Shown: positions 17,341 to 27,225 of the stretch, in pieces
Layout: every line of letters begins with the position of its first letter
Position numbering within the stretch: the stretch's first letter is position 1
Assembly (NCBI GenBank): GCA_002747325.1
Contig: PDOZ01000032.1
Location: forward strand, 6,962 to 70,961
Direction of reading: 5' to 3'
Source of the DNA: Rhodobacterales bacterium
GTDB lineage: Bacteria > Pseudomonadota > Alphaproteobacteria > Rhodobacterales > Rhodobacteraceae
DNA: 64,000 nucleotides
Program-made: the position numbers and the translations under genes
Notes under the pieces: generated by a model
Databases searched by the model: none
What the model was told of the DNA's origin: nothing
The model's input: only the letters and a program-made list of their open reading frames with translations

Positions 17341-18750
17341 TTATGTCGCAACGTCAAGCACAGACCCGCCCGAAAGCGCGGGGGACAGATGCGCAATCGA
17401 GTTGGCATAGAAGTCCAGCACCGGGCGGTCCGGGGCATGGACCCGGTAGCGCCCGTCTTCACAGATCAGGATGCCGCGCCCTTCCAGCAGACGCAACCCC
17501 GTGCGCGCCGCCTCGTCCAGATCGCCGTCCGGCACATGCACCTGCGCCCCGCGACCCTCAAGCTCCGCGACCAACTCCCGGAAACGCTGCACGATCTCCG
17601 CCTCGCTGCGCCCCTCCGCTTCATGCAGGATCGCCGCAACAAGGGGCACCGGCAGGACCGGAACCACTGCCCGGATGCGCCCCATCAGCTCCGCCCCCAG
17701 CGCCTGCGTCAGCTTCGCCGGATCGCCGGTAAAGCCCGCCCGAAACTCCGCCAGCGAAACCGGCGCGCCCAAACTGACCGAAGCATAGCCAAAGCGATGG
17801 AACCGCCCGGTGAGGCGCTCAAAGATGTGCTTGCCGATATGGCGCGAAAGAACGCCCATCCGCAGCCGGAACTTGCGCTCGCCCTTAATATCTGCGGCAA
17901 CCAGAACCCGATCCTCCAGCACCCGGTCGTAGTTTATCGCCACCGGGATAAAGACCACATCCGGCCCGCGCGCCGGGTCATAGCCCTCAACCATGTAATT
18001 GAGCAGCCCCAACCGCGCTTCGCCCACCGCCCCGTTCAGGCTCAACCCGCCTTCCGGGAACACCGCCTGCGTCACACCGCCCGCAGTCGCCTTCTGCACA
18101 TAACGCGCCAGCACCTTGCGATAGAGCGCATTGCGCGAACGGCGTCGGATGAAATACGCCCCCATGGCCCGGATCAACCCGCGCAACGGCCAGCGCCGCG
18201 CCCATTCGCCCACCGCATAGGAGAGATGCGAGCGGTCCGAGGCGAGCCACGTCACGAGGAAATAGTCTATGTTTGAACGGTGGTTCATCACGAATACCAC
18301 CGTCGCCGCCTTGTCGATCTTCTCCAGCGGCGAATCGGCAAAAGCGTCAACCTGCACCTTGTAAAATCCGCGCGAAATCCGCTTGGTCAGCCATCGGGCA
18401 AAACCGAAATAGGCAAAGGCAGAAAAGCGCGGTACGATCTCGCGGGCATAACGACGCGCCTGTTCAAACGCCACTTCGCGCGGAATACCCTCGGCTTCCG
18501 CATGTGCTGCCACCGCCTCCAGCACCTCCCCGTCATAGGACAACTCCTGAATCATGTCGTAGCGCCGCGCCAGCTTGAACGGCTCGATCGGGCGCACCAG
18601 CCGCTTGTTCAGCTCCGCCACCGCCCGCTCCGCCCGTTTGCGGAAAAACCAGCGCACGGAGGGAAACAGGAAATGCGAGGCGAAGGTCACGAGCGCAAAC
18701 GCCAGAATGAGAAGAAGCGCCCAGAGGGGCAATGTAACGCTTTGAGTCAT
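17341..18750 (-). CDS. Glycerolipid acyltransferase (PlsB/PlsC-like, HX4D family) with N-terminal TM helix
   Basis: HX4D motif FVMNHRSNIDYFLV and FPEGGLSLNG acyltransferase motif III. 469 aa. Confidence 0.8.
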   Translation of the reverse strand: MTQSVTLPLWALLLILAFALVTFASHFLFPSVRWFFRKRAERAVAELNKRLVRPIEPFKLARRYDMIQELSYDGEVLEAVAAHAEAEGIPREVAFEQARRYAREIVPRFSAFAYFGFARWLTKRISRGFYKVQVDAFADSPLEKIDKAATVVFVMNHRSNIDYFLVTWLASDRSHLSYAVGEWARRWPLRGLIRAMGAYFIRRRSRNALYRKVLARYVQKATAGGVTQAVFPEGGLSLNGAVGEARLGLLNYMVEGYDPARGPDVVFIPVAINYDRVLEDRVLVAADIKGERKFRLRMGVLSRHIGKHIFERLTGRFHRFGYASVSLGAPVSLAEFRAGFTGDPAKLTQALGAELMGRIRAVVPVLPVPLVAAILHEAEGRSEAEIVQRFRELVAELEGRGAQVHVPDGDLDEAARTGLRLLEGRGILICEDGRYRVHAPDRPVLDFYANSIAHLSPALSGGSVLDVAT

Positions 18751-18926
18751 CTGGTAAAAATCTCACCAAAACCCGCCGGGGTCCAGCGACAATTTTGCGC
18801 AGGGTTCAGGGGCCGTGCCGGTGATAAAATCGCTTCACGCCGAAACTAAATAACCCCGCCAACCGGGGTTGCGCAACTTTGTTGCTTTTGCGACAATGCT
18901 GCGGTGCAACATAAAGCGAGTCGATC

Positions 18927-20951
18927 ATGACGGATCAAGCAAAGCCAGCCACTGCCGAAAAAACGGCCGGGGAAACAGCCGGGAAGCCTGAGCGCACGAA
19001 GGATCGTCCCTGGCTCTTTCGGACCTATGCGGGTCATTCCACCGCAAAGGCCTCCAACGCGCTGTATCGCACCAACCTCGCCAAGGGCCAGACCGGCCTT
19101 TCCGTCGCCTTCGACCTGCCAACGCAGACCGGCTATGACAGCGACCACAAGCTCTCGCGCGGCGAGGTCGGTAAGGTCGGCGTGCCGGTGGCGCATCTGG
19201 GCGACATGCGGATGCTGTTCGACGAGATCCCGCTTGAGAAGATGAACACCTCGATGACGATCAACGCCACCGCGCCGTGGCTGTTGTCGCTTTACATCGC
19301 CGTGGCCGAAGAACAGGGCGCCGATGTGTCGAAGCTTCAGGGCACGGTGCAGAACGATCTGATCAAGGAATACCTGTCGCGCGGCACCTATGTCTGCCCG
19401 CCCGCCCCCTCGCTGCGCATGATTACCGATGTCGCCGCCTATACCCGCGAACACCTGCCGAAATGGAACCCGATGAACGTCTGTTCCTACCATTTGCAGG
19501 AAGCGGGCGCGACGCCGGAAGAGGAGCTGGCCTTCGCACTGGCCACCGCCATCGCCGTGCTGGACGACCTGAAGAACAAGGTGCCGGAGGAGGCGTTCCC
19601 GCAGATGGTCGGGCGGATTTCTTTCTTCGTCAACGCGGGCATCCGCTTCGTCACCGAGATGTGCAAGATGCGCGCCTTTGTCGAGCTTTGGGACGAGATC
19701 ACGCAGGAACGTTATGGCATCGAAGACCCGAAATTCCGCCGGTTCCGCTATGGGGTGCAGGTCAACTCGCTGGGCCTGACCGAGCAGCAGCCGGAGAATA
19801 ACGTCTATCGCATCCTGATCGAAATGCTGGCCGTGACCCTGTCGAAGAAGGCCCGTGCCCGCGCGGTGCAGTTGCCCGCCTGGAACGAGGCGCTTGGCCT
19901 GCCGCGCCCGTGGGACCAGCAATGGTCGCTGCGGATGCAACAGATCATGGCCTACGAGACCGACCTGCTGGAATATGACGACCTGTTCGACAACAACCCC
20001 GCCGTTGAGCGCAAGGTTGCGAGCCTGAAGGAAGGCGCGCGCGCCGAACTGGCACAGATCGACAGCATGGGCGGCGCCATCGAGTCGATTGATTACATGA
20101 AGTCGCGGCTGGTGGAATCCAACGCCGAACGCATCAACCGCATCGAGATCGGCGAGACCACCGTCGTCGGCGTCAACCGCTGGACCGAAGCCGCCCCCTC
20201 CCCGCTGACCTCCGGCCCGGAAGCCATCATGGTCGCCGACCCGGCAGCGGAAGCGGATCAGATCGCGCGGCTGGAGAAATGGCGCGAGACCCGCGACACG
20301 GCGGCGGTTGAAGCGGCGCTGGCGGAATTGCAGGACGCGGCGCGCAGCGGCACCAACATCATGCCCGCCTCGATCAAGGCGGCCAAGGCCGGTGCCACGA
20401 CCGGCGAATGGGGCGACGCGGTGCGCGCCATTTTCGGCCAGTATCGCGGCCCGACCGGCGTTTCCGTCAACCCGTCGAACCGCACCGAGGGGCTGGACGA
20501 AATCCGCGCCCGCGTCGATGCGGTGTCGGATAAACTCGGTCGCCGCCTGAATTTCCTCGTCGGCAAGCCCGGCCTGGACGGCCATTCCAACGGCGCCGAA
20601 CAGATCGCCGCCCGCGCCCGCGATTGCGGCATGGACATCACCTATGACGGCATCCGCCTGACGCCGGAAGAGATCGTTGCCTCGGCGAAGGAGCAGCGCG
20701 CCCATGTGGTCGGGCTGTCAATCCTGTCCGGCAGCCATGTGCCGCTGGTAGAAGAGCTGATGGACCGGATGCGCGAAGCGGGGCTGGCCCATGTGCCGGT
20801 CGTGGTCGGGGGCATCATCCCGGACGACGACGCCACCCGCCTGCTCGGCTACGGCGTCGCGCGGGTCTATACGCCGAAGGATTTCGAACTGAACGTGATC
20901 ATGGACGATATCGTGACGCTGGCAGACCCGGCGACGCTCGCCGCCGAGTAA
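18927..20951 (+). CDS. ecm: Ethylmalonyl-CoA mutase (MeaA; B12-dependent acyl-CoA mutase with fused B12-binding domain)
   Basis: 674-aa ORF with a methylmalonyl-CoA-mutase-type catalytic barrel (FRTYAGHSTA...) and a C-terminal B12-binding domain (GLDGHSNGAEQIA...VVVGGIIP). Genomic context with ccr. Confidence 0.9.
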   Translation: MTDQAKPATAEKTAGETAGKPERTKDRPWLFRTYAGHSTAKASNALYRTNLAKGQTGLSVAFDLPTQTGYDSDHKLSRGEVGKVGVPVAHLGDMRMLFDEIPLEKMNTSMTINATAPWLLSLYIAVAEEQGADVSKLQGTVQNDLIKEYLSRGTYVCPPAPSLRMITDVAAYTREHLPKWNPMNVCSYHLQEAGATPEEELAFALATAIAVLDDLKNKVPEEAFPQMVGRISFFVNAGIRFVTEMCKMRAFVELWDEITQERYGIEDPKFRRFRYGVQVNSLGLTEQQPENNVYRILIEMLAVTLSKKARARAVQLPAWNEALGLPRPWDQQWSLRMQQIMAYETDLLEYDDLFDNNPAVERKVASLKEGARAELAQIDSMGGAIESIDYMKSRLVESNAERINRIEIGETTVVGVNRWTEAAPSPLTSGPEAIMVADPAAEADQIARLEKWRETRDTAAVEAALAELQDAARSGTNIMPASIKAAKAGATTGEWGDAVRAIFGQYRGPTGVSVNPSNRTEGLDEIRARVDAVSDKLGRRLNFLVGKPGLDGHSNGAEQIAARARDCGMDITYDGIRLTPEEIVASAKEQRAHVVGLSILSGSHVPLVEELMDRMREAGLAHVPVVVGGIIPDDDATRLLGYGVARVYTPKDFELNVIMDDIVTLADPATLAAE

Positions 20952-20954
20952 GCG

Positions 20955-21482
20955 TTATTCGAAGACGTCGACCAGTTCGAAATAGGTATAGCTCTGGGCG
21001 ATATGACCCATGTCGCCCTTGATGAACCGGGGGTCTTTCGGCAGGCAGCCGATGCCGCAGATCTGACTCAGCACCATGTCTTCGGTATCAATATACCACA
21101 GCCGCCCGCCCGGCGTCGCGACCCAGCCGTCGATCCCCTCGGCCTCGTCGCCCTCAATATCATCCACTGAAGGCACCTCGTTGTAATAGCTCGTCGAGAA
21201 CGCGCCGTGGGTGTGATAGGAGGCCGTAATCACCTCGATATTGGTCGGATCGTCGGACATGCAGCTATCCTTGTCACCGCGCGTCGGCTCGGAAGCGACC
21301 AGCTTCCCCGCCTTGTCAAAACCAATATAGCCGCAATACTCGACCCCATCGCGAATTGACGTCGGATTAAGTTGGGCAAAAAGCTGCTTAACCAACTGGA
21401 TTTCATTGGTCGCTTGCGCCAAGACTACGTTAGGAAACGCACAAAGGGCGATGAGCCCGAGGGTGGTTTTGCAAAAGAGCAT
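20955..21482 (-). CDS. Secreted DUF4329-like protein
   Basis: Only the last 175 aa of ORF 20955..22046 are credible: signal peptide [23 protein letters not shown], then [22 protein letters not shown]...[11 protein letters not shown]. The upstream part of the ORF is antisense to deoD. Confidence 0.7.
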   Translation of the reverse strand: MLFCKTTLGLIALCAFPNVVLAQATNEIQLVKQLFAQLNPTSIRDGVEYCGYIGFDKAGKLVASEPTRGDKDSCMSDDPTNIEVITASYHTHGAFSTSYYNEVPSVDDIEGDEAEGIDGWVATPGGRLWYIDTEDMVLSQICGIGCLPKDPRFIKGDMGHIAQSYTYFELVDVFE

Positions 21483-21527
21483 ATGAATCTCCACTGTGAG
21501 GCTGCCCATGAAATAGGGAGGAAAGCC

Positions 21528-22235
21528 ATGACTGTCCATATCGGAGCCAAACCGGGCCAGATTGCCGAAACCGTATTGATGCCGGGCGACCCGTATCGCG
21601 CGAAGTGGATCGCAGAGACCTTCATTGAAAATGCAGAACTGGTCAACGAAGTGCGCGGGATGCTGGGCTATACCGGCACCTGGAAAGGCAACCGCGTCAC
21701 TGTTCATGGCTCCGGCATGGGCATGCCCTCCTTCTCGATCTACGCCAACGAGCTGATCCGCGATTACGGCGCCAAAACCCTGATCCGCATCGGTTCTGCC
21801 GGAGCGATGCAGGAGAAGGTCAAGGTGCGCGACGTGGTGCTGGCCATGACCGCCTCGACCCTCTCGACCCCCTCGCGTGGCATTTTCCGCGAGTTGAACT
21901 TCGCGCCCTGCGCCGATTACGGCCTGCTCAAAGCGGCGCATGACGCGGCACTGGCGAAAAAGCTCGCGCCCCATGTCGGCGGCATTTACTCCTCGGATGT
22001 GTTCTACGACGAGCGCCCCGACCTCACCGAACAGATGACCCGCCACGGCGTGCTGGCGGTCGAGATGGAAGCCGCCGAGCTATACAACCTCGCCGCCCGC
22101 TACGGCGTGCGCGCGCTGGCGGTGCTGACCATTTCCGACCACCTGCTGACCGGCGAAGCGCTGCCCTCCGATCAGCGCGAGCGCAGCTTCGGCGACATGG
22201 TGGAAATCGCTCTGGAGGCCGCGTTCAGCGTGTGA
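21528..22235 (+). CDS. deoD: Purine-nucleoside phosphorylase, DeoD type
   Basis: [32 protein letters not shown]...[15 protein letters not shown]...[12 protein letters not shown] 21528 is preceded by GGGAGG. Confidence 0.9.
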   Translation: MTVHIGAKPGQIAETVLMPGDPYRAKWIAETFIENAELVNEVRGMLGYTGTWKGNRVTVHGSGMGMPSFSIYANELIRDYGAKTLIRIGSAGAMQEKVKVRDVVLAMTASTLSTPSRGIFRELNFAPCADYGLLKAAHDAALAKKLAPHVGGIYSSDVFYDERPDLTEQMTRHGVLAVEMEAAELYNLAARYGVRALAVLTISDHLLTGEALPSDQRERSFGDMVEIALEAAFSV

Positions 22236-22240
22236 TCCCC

Positions 22241-23173
22241 ATGCCCAAATACAGTGCTCTGGCCCTGCTCCCCCTGCTCGCCGCCTGCACCGCACCGGCG
22301 AATGTCGAACGGGTGCGGGAATTTGCAGCACGTCAGGATCCGGCCACCTTCACCTGTTGCGAAAAGCCGGAAAAGAGCTATCCGAAACCGCTGGTCGATG
22401 CGGCGCTCGCATTCACAGTGCAGTTTGCAGACGAAATGTTTGCTCTGCGCGATATGATATATGGCTCCAGCGGGGATGGGACGGCCAAAGTACCGGGCAA
22501 ACTGGCCGACAAGCCGGGGGCCTACGAAGCGGTAACCTCCCGCTTGCGGCCGATGGATCTGGCGCTTCTGGCGAATAAAAGCCATATCGGCGGCAATATC
22601 GTGCCTGGGCGCTTCACGCATATGCTTGTCTATCTCGGAAGCGAGGCGGAATTGCGGGCGGCGGGGCTTTGGAACCTGCCGGAACTGGTGCCGTTGCACC
22701 CCCGCATCCGCAACGGGGAGCATTTTCTGGAGGCGCTCTATCCGGTGGTCGATCTGTCACCCCCCTCCGATGTGCTGCGAACCGATGGCGTCTTCCTGAT
22801 CCACCCCGACCTGACGCTAGCGCAAAAGCGGCGGGGTCTCACCGCCATGCTGGCCCGGATGGGAGACCCGTTCGACTATTCGTTCGACAATGCAAGTGAT
22901 GATGCGGTGAGTTGCACCGAACTGGTTGGCAAGGCGCTGCCAGAGCTGGGCTTTACGGAACGCACCGCCTTTGGCCGCAAGGTGTTTTTCCCCGATGACG
23001 TTGCCGCGCAGACCATTCGCGGGGGCGAAGGGCTGCACTTTCTGGGCTATGTTCATGGCACCGACACGGGATATGAGGTCCGCGGCATTCGCTCCGCCAT
23101 GGCCGATATTACGGCCTATTGGGGCGGGCAGTTTGAGCGCGAGGCGCGGGAAGCCACAGCAATCGGCAAATAA
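22241..23173 (+). CDS. Lipoprotein, possible permuted papain-like (YiiX/NlpC-P60 superfamily) hydrolase
   Basis: Lipobox LLPLLAAC. A His-containing segment (GRFTHMLVYLG) and a later Cys (VSCTELVGKAL) resemble permuted papain-fold enzymes. The family call is tentative. Confidence 0.6.
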   Translation: MPKYSALALLPLLAACTAPANVERVREFAARQDPATFTCCEKPEKSYPKPLVDAALAFTVQFADEMFALRDMIYGSSGDGTAKVPGKLADKPGAYEAVTSRLRPMDLALLANKSHIGGNIVPGRFTHMLVYLGSEAELRAAGLWNLPELVPLHPRIRNGEHFLEALYPVVDLSPPSDVLRTDGVFLIHPDLTLAQKRRGLTAMLARMGDPFDYSFDNASDDAVSCTELVGKALPELGFTERTAFGRKVFFPDDVAAQTIRGGEGLHFLGYVHGTDTGYEVRGIRSAMADITAYWGGQFEREAREATAIGK

Positions 23174-23183
23174 CCCCAGACTC

Positions 23184-23211
23184 AAAAAACCCCGCCGAAG
23201 CGGGGTTTTTT
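23184..23211. terminator. Bidirectional rho-independent terminator
   Basis: AAAAAACCCCGC-CGAA-GCGGGGTTTTTT lies between the convergent genes ending at 23173 (+) and 23232 (-). Confidence 0.88.
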
Positions 23212-23231
23212 ATTCTCTTCTTACCGCTCTT

Positions 23232-24170
23232 CTACCGATCCTTCGGATCAAATGCGTCGCGCAGACCATCACCGATGAAGAAGAAACAGAAGATGGTCAC
23301 AACGAAGAAGCCCAGCGGGAAAGCCAACTGCCAGAGCGTACCATATTGCATGGTCTTCACCCCTTCCGAGATCAATGCGCCCCAGGAGGTTTTCGGATCC
23401 TGCACGCCCAGCCCGAGGAAGGAGATAAAGCTCTCCGTCAGGATCATCGCGGGCACCAGAAGCGTTGCGTAAACGATGACCACACCAAGCAGGTTGGGCA
23501 CGATATGGCGCCAGATGATGGTGAAGGTCGGAACCCCGGTCGCCACCGCCGCTTCGATAAATTCCTTGTTCTTGATCGACAGTGTCTGCCCGCGCGCGAT
23601 CCGGCTCATATCGAGCCATGCAGTCAGGCCAATACCAACGAAGATCATAATAACCGAACGCCCAAAGACCACGAGCAGCAGAATCAGCACGAACATGTAA
23701 GGGATCGACATGGCGATATCGACGAAGCGCATCATGAAGCTGTCGACCCGCCCGCCGAGATACCCGGCCACGGCACCATAGACCGTGCCGACAATCACCG
23801 CGATCAGCGCACCAACCACGCCGACCATCAGCGAGATTTGCGTGCCCTGCACCACGCGGGAATACAGGTCGCGGCCGTTATCGTCGAAGCCGAAATAGTG
23901 CCGGCTGACGATGCTGGGATGGCCCAGCTCTTTCGCGTTGCCCAGCACGTTCCAGTCGATGGTTTCATTGTCCCACGGCGTGATTAAATGCCCGAGAAAG
24001 GCGAACGCCATAATCAGGATCAGAACAACCAACGAAGCCATCGCCGCCTTGTTGGACACGAAACGGTGTCGCGCATCGGCCCAGAGTGAGCGGCCATGAA
24101 CCGCCGCCATCCGCTCCGCCACGTCGGCGGTCTTCTTCTGCTGGAAGGGTTGTGCAAGTTTATCAGTCAT
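23232..24170 (-). CDS. Oligopeptide/dipeptide ABC transporter permease (OppC/DppC-like)
   Basis: Polytopic permease with the N-terminal OppC-type extension. Start set at ATG 24170 (MTDKLAQPF...). Confidence 0.88.
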   Translation of the reverse strand: MTDKLAQPFQQKKTADVAERMAAVHGRSLWADARHRFVSNKAAMASLVVLILIMAFAFLGHLITPWDNETIDWNVLGNAKELGHPSIVSRHYFGFDDNGRDLYSRVVQGTQISLMVGVVGALIAVIVGTVYGAVAGYLGGRVDSFMMRFVDIAMSIPYMFVLILLLVVFGRSVIMIFVGIGLTAWLDMSRIARGQTLSIKNKEFIEAAVATGVPTFTIIWRHIVPNLLGVVIVYATLLVPAMILTESFISFLGLGVQDPKTSWGALISEGVKTMQYGTLWQLAFPLGFFVVTIFCFFFIGDGLRDAFDPKDR

Positions 24171-24177
24171 AGCGCCC

Positions 24178-25101
24178 TCACAGCCGGATTTTCGGGTCGA
24201 TCCACGCATAGAGGATATCGACGATCATATTGAACAGAATGGTGAGCGAGCCGAGCAGAACCGTCAGCCCCATCATCACCGCGTAATCCCGGTTCTGAGC
24301 GGCGTTCACATAAAACAGGCCCACACCACCGGTAGAAAAAATCGAGTCAATAACAAATGACCCGGTAACCATGCCCACCAACGCCGGGCCGAGATAGGAC
24401 ACGACCGGCAGCAGCGTCGGCTTCAATGCGTGGCGCCAGATCACATACCGCTCCGGCAGCCCCTTGGCACGCGCGGTGCGAATGAAATTCGAACGCAGCA
24501 CCTCCAGCATCGACGAGCGGGTCAGACGCGCAATCGAAGCCATATAGGAGGTCGACAACGCGATCACCGGCATGACGAGATACTGCCATTGCCCACCGTT
24601 CCAGCCGCCGCCCGGCAAAAGTTGCAAGCTATGGGTAAAAAGCAAAATCAGCAGCGGCGCCATGACGAAGTTCGGCAGAACCTGCGCGCCGATGGTGATG
24701 CCCACGGCGAGGTAATCAAGCCAGGTATTCTGACGGATCGCCGCCGCGATGCCCAGCGAAACCCCCGCTACGATGGCCACAATGAAGGAAATACCGCCAT
24801 ACAGCATGGTCACGGGGAAACCCTGCGCGATGATGTCGTTCACCGTGCGGTCTTTATACTTGTAAGACGGGCCGAAATCGAACTGGGTCACAATGCCGCC
24901 GATATAATCGAACAGCTGTTTCCAGAGCGGTTGATTGAGGCCGTATTTCGCCTCGATATTGGCCAGAACCTGCGGCGGCAGGGGTCGTTCCGAAGTGAAA
25001 GGGCCGCCCGGTGCCATCTGCATCAGAAAGAAAGATGCGATGAGCAGGAGCAGCAAGGTCGGGATCGCAACGGCGATCCTGCGAATGATAAAGCCAAGCA
25101 T
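24178..25101 (-). CDS. Oligopeptide/dipeptide ABC transporter permease (OppB/DppB-like)
   Basis: MLGFIIRRIAVAIPTLLLL...YGLNQPLWKQ and the EAA-like loop IRTARAKGL. Confidence 0.9.
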   Translation of the reverse strand: MLGFIIRRIAVAIPTLLLLLIASFFLMQMAPGGPFTSERPLPPQVLANIEAKYGLNQPLWKQLFDYIGGIVTQFDFGPSYKYKDRTVNDIIAQGFPVTMLYGGISFIVAIVAGVSLGIAAAIRQNTWLDYLAVGITIGAQVLPNFVMAPLLILLFTHSLQLLPGGGWNGGQWQYLVMPVIALSTSYMASIARLTRSSMLEVLRSNFIRTARAKGLPERYVIWRHALKPTLLPVVSYLGPALVGMVTGSFVIDSIFSTGGVGLFYVNAAQNRDYAVMMGLTVLLGSLTILFNMIVDILYAWIDPKIRL

Positions 25102-25261
25102 AAAGTTCCCCCCGTGTTGTGGCGTATCCCGACACCGGATCTTGCAAACGGGCCGCGCGGCCCACTGCTACCATTGATCCGACCCCGGTCGGAAAACGCG
25201 TCACGTCAGTGAAGTGGTGGGACGCCGCGGACCTCCGCAACGCCCCTGTTTGTCAGAGCGG

Positions 25262-26887
25262 TTACTGGGCGACCTTATAGAGGTCTTTCGAATACCAGTT
25301 CTGCTCCACGTTCTGCACCGGCCAGGAACCAACCAGCTCCGGGTTCATCATGAACACGTTGGTGTAATGATAGAGCGGGATGATCGGCATATCATGCGCG
25401 ATGATCTCTTCCACCAGAGTGTAGTTCGGCTGCGGGTTGTCCATGGTCTTGGCTTCCGCGAGCAGAGCATCCACCTTCTCGGAGGAATACTTCGCATCGT
25501 TGTAGCCGGAACCGGAGGACACGAGGTCGAGGAAGGTCGATGCTTCGTTGTAGTCACCACACCAACCTGCGCGGGCAATCTCATAATCCTGATTGCCGCG
25601 GGTCTCCAGGAAGGTCTTCCATTCCTGATTTTCCAGCGTCACATTCACGCCCAGAGCCTGCTTCCACATCTGTGCAACCGCGATGGCAACTTTCTTGTGG
25701 CCTTCGGAGGTGTTGTAGAGAACGGTGATGTCGAGCGGGTTGTCCTTGCCGTAACCGGCTTCCGCCATCAGTTCAACCGCCTTCGCGGTGCGCTCTTCCT
25801 GCGTCCAGGTCGCGTAGTCGATCGACGGCACGGTGAAGTTCGCCGTTGCAGCCGGGGTGAAGGTGTAGGCCGGGAACTGACCGCCCTGCGTGACCTTCTC
25901 GACGATGATGTTACGGTTAACCGCATAGGAAAGCGCCTGACGGACGCGAACGTCTTTCAGGAATTCCGGTGCGCTGTCGCTCATGTTGATCGTGTAGTAA
26001 TAGGAACACAGACGCGGGAAGGCGATGGCCTGATCCGGGTATTCCTTCGACAGGGACGGGAACTGGCCGGTCGGCACTTCGGTGCGGTCCAGCTCGCCCG
26101 CGAGGTAACGGGTCAGGGCCACGTTCTCATCGTTGATCACCAGCGAAGTGACTTTCTCGATGATGGTGCCTTCGTTGTCCCAATACATCGGGTTGCGCTC
26201 ACGCACGAGGCGTTCCTGCGGCACATGCTCGGTCAGAACATAAGCGCCGTTGCCGACGAAGTTCTCCGGCTTGGTCCAGTCGGAACCATGCGCGTCGATC
26301 ACCCATTTCGGCGACGGGAAGGTCGAGCTGTGAGTCGTGGTCAGCACGAAGTAAGGCAGCGGCTTTTCGAGGGTCACAACCAGAGTGTGATCGTCCTTGG
26401 CCATCACGCCCAGCTCTTCCGTCGGCAAATCGCCCGCCATCACGCCAGCAGCGTTCTTCAGGCCCATGACCTCGATATACCACTGATAGGGGGACGCAGT
26501 TTCCGGGTCTGCGAGGCGGCGCCAGGCGTAGACGAAATCACCGGCGGTCACCGGCTTGCCGTCGGACCACTTGGCGTTGTCACGCAGATTGAAGGTGTAG
26601 GTCAGCTTGTCGTCGGACACGGTGTAGTCCAGCGCCACGCCCGGCACGAGGTTGCCGTCGGCATCCTGATTGAACAGGCCTTCGAACAGGTCGCGGACGA
26701 TCTCGGAACCGGACACGTCTTCAACGATCTGCGGGTCCACCGAGCTGTGCTCGTCCAGAACGCGGTAGGTAAAGGTCTGGTCATCGGCCAGCGCCGCGCC
26801 GGTCTCCGGGTGGGTGCCAGCAGCAAGCGCCGGGGATGCCAGCGCGAAGGCCGAGGCCATCAGGACCGATTTGGTGGTGAATTTCAT
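25262..26887 (-). CDS. Peptide ABC transporter substrate-binding protein (family 5, OppA-like)
   Basis: 541-aa ORF with a signal peptide (MKFTTKSVLMASAFALASPALA) and a family-5 SBP core. GAGGAG Shine-Dalgarno upstream. Confidence 0.9.
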   Translation of the reverse strand: MKFTTKSVLMASAFALASPALAAGTHPETGAALADDQTFTYRVLDEHSSVDPQIVEDVSGSEIVRDLFEGLFNQDADGNLVPGVALDYTVSDDKLTYTFNLRDNAKWSDGKPVTAGDFVYAWRRLADPETASPYQWYIEVMGLKNAAGVMAGDLPTEELGVMAKDDHTLVVTLEKPLPYFVLTTTHSSTFPSPKWVIDAHGSDWTKPENFVGNGAYVLTEHVPQERLVRERNPMYWDNEGTIIEKVTSLVINDENVALTRYLAGELDRTEVPTGQFPSLSKEYPDQAIAFPRLCSYYYTINMSDSAPEFLKDVRVRQALSYAVNRNIIVEKVTQGGQFPAYTFTPAATANFTVPSIDYATWTQEERTAKAVELMAEAGYGKDNPLDITVLYNTSEGHKKVAIAVAQMWKQALGVNVTLENQEWKTFLETRGNQDYEIARAGWCGDYNEASTFLDLVSSGSGYNDAKYSSEKVDALLAEAKTMDNPQPNYTLVEEIIAHDMPIIPLYHYTNVFMMNPELVGSWPVQNVEQNWYSKDLYKVAQ

Positions 26888-26974
26888 AAAGGTGACTCCT
26901 CACTATTTTCAGGGTCACGCGCACATGGGACTCCCCCCAACCCGGAACTGAGCAGACTCAGCCGGGCCGCACGC

Positions 26975-26998
26975 GGATAAGGCAGTTTACCCTTATCC
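26975..26998. promoter_or_regulatory. Inverted repeat GGATAAGG-N8-CCTTATCC upstream of the opp operon
   Basis: Read directly. It has 8-bp perfect arms and lies 88-111 nt upstream of the oppA-like start. Confidence 0.3.
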
Positions 26999-27225
26999 AT
27001 ACAATTTTCACAATCCTTTCATGCCGGAAAAGGCTTAACCCCCCGGCAGGAGCAAAAACTTAGGGGTTTTGGCCCGTTGTGATACTTTTATTGCCGGAAC
27101 GCACCGCCCTGCGACATCGAATCGCATTTGCGGGGCGGACAGGTTTTACCAAATGGTCAATCTTGCCATTTGCGCCGCCCCGTGCGAGGGTTTCGCGGAT
27201 AAGTGGTAACAGCTTGGAGGCATCT

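Noticed and set aside
18846-20705. 619-aa minus-strand ORF
   Set aside because: It is antisense to ecm, which has unmistakable mutase and B12-binding motifs. It is a shadow ORF.
21483-22046. N-terminal 188 aa of ORF 20955..22046
   Set aside because: It is antisense to deoD. The plausible protein begins at the internal Met that opens a signal peptide (21482).
25214-26980. 588-aa + strand ORF
   Set aside because: It is antisense to the OppA-like SBP gene, which has a signal peptide and an SBP core. It is a shadow ORF.
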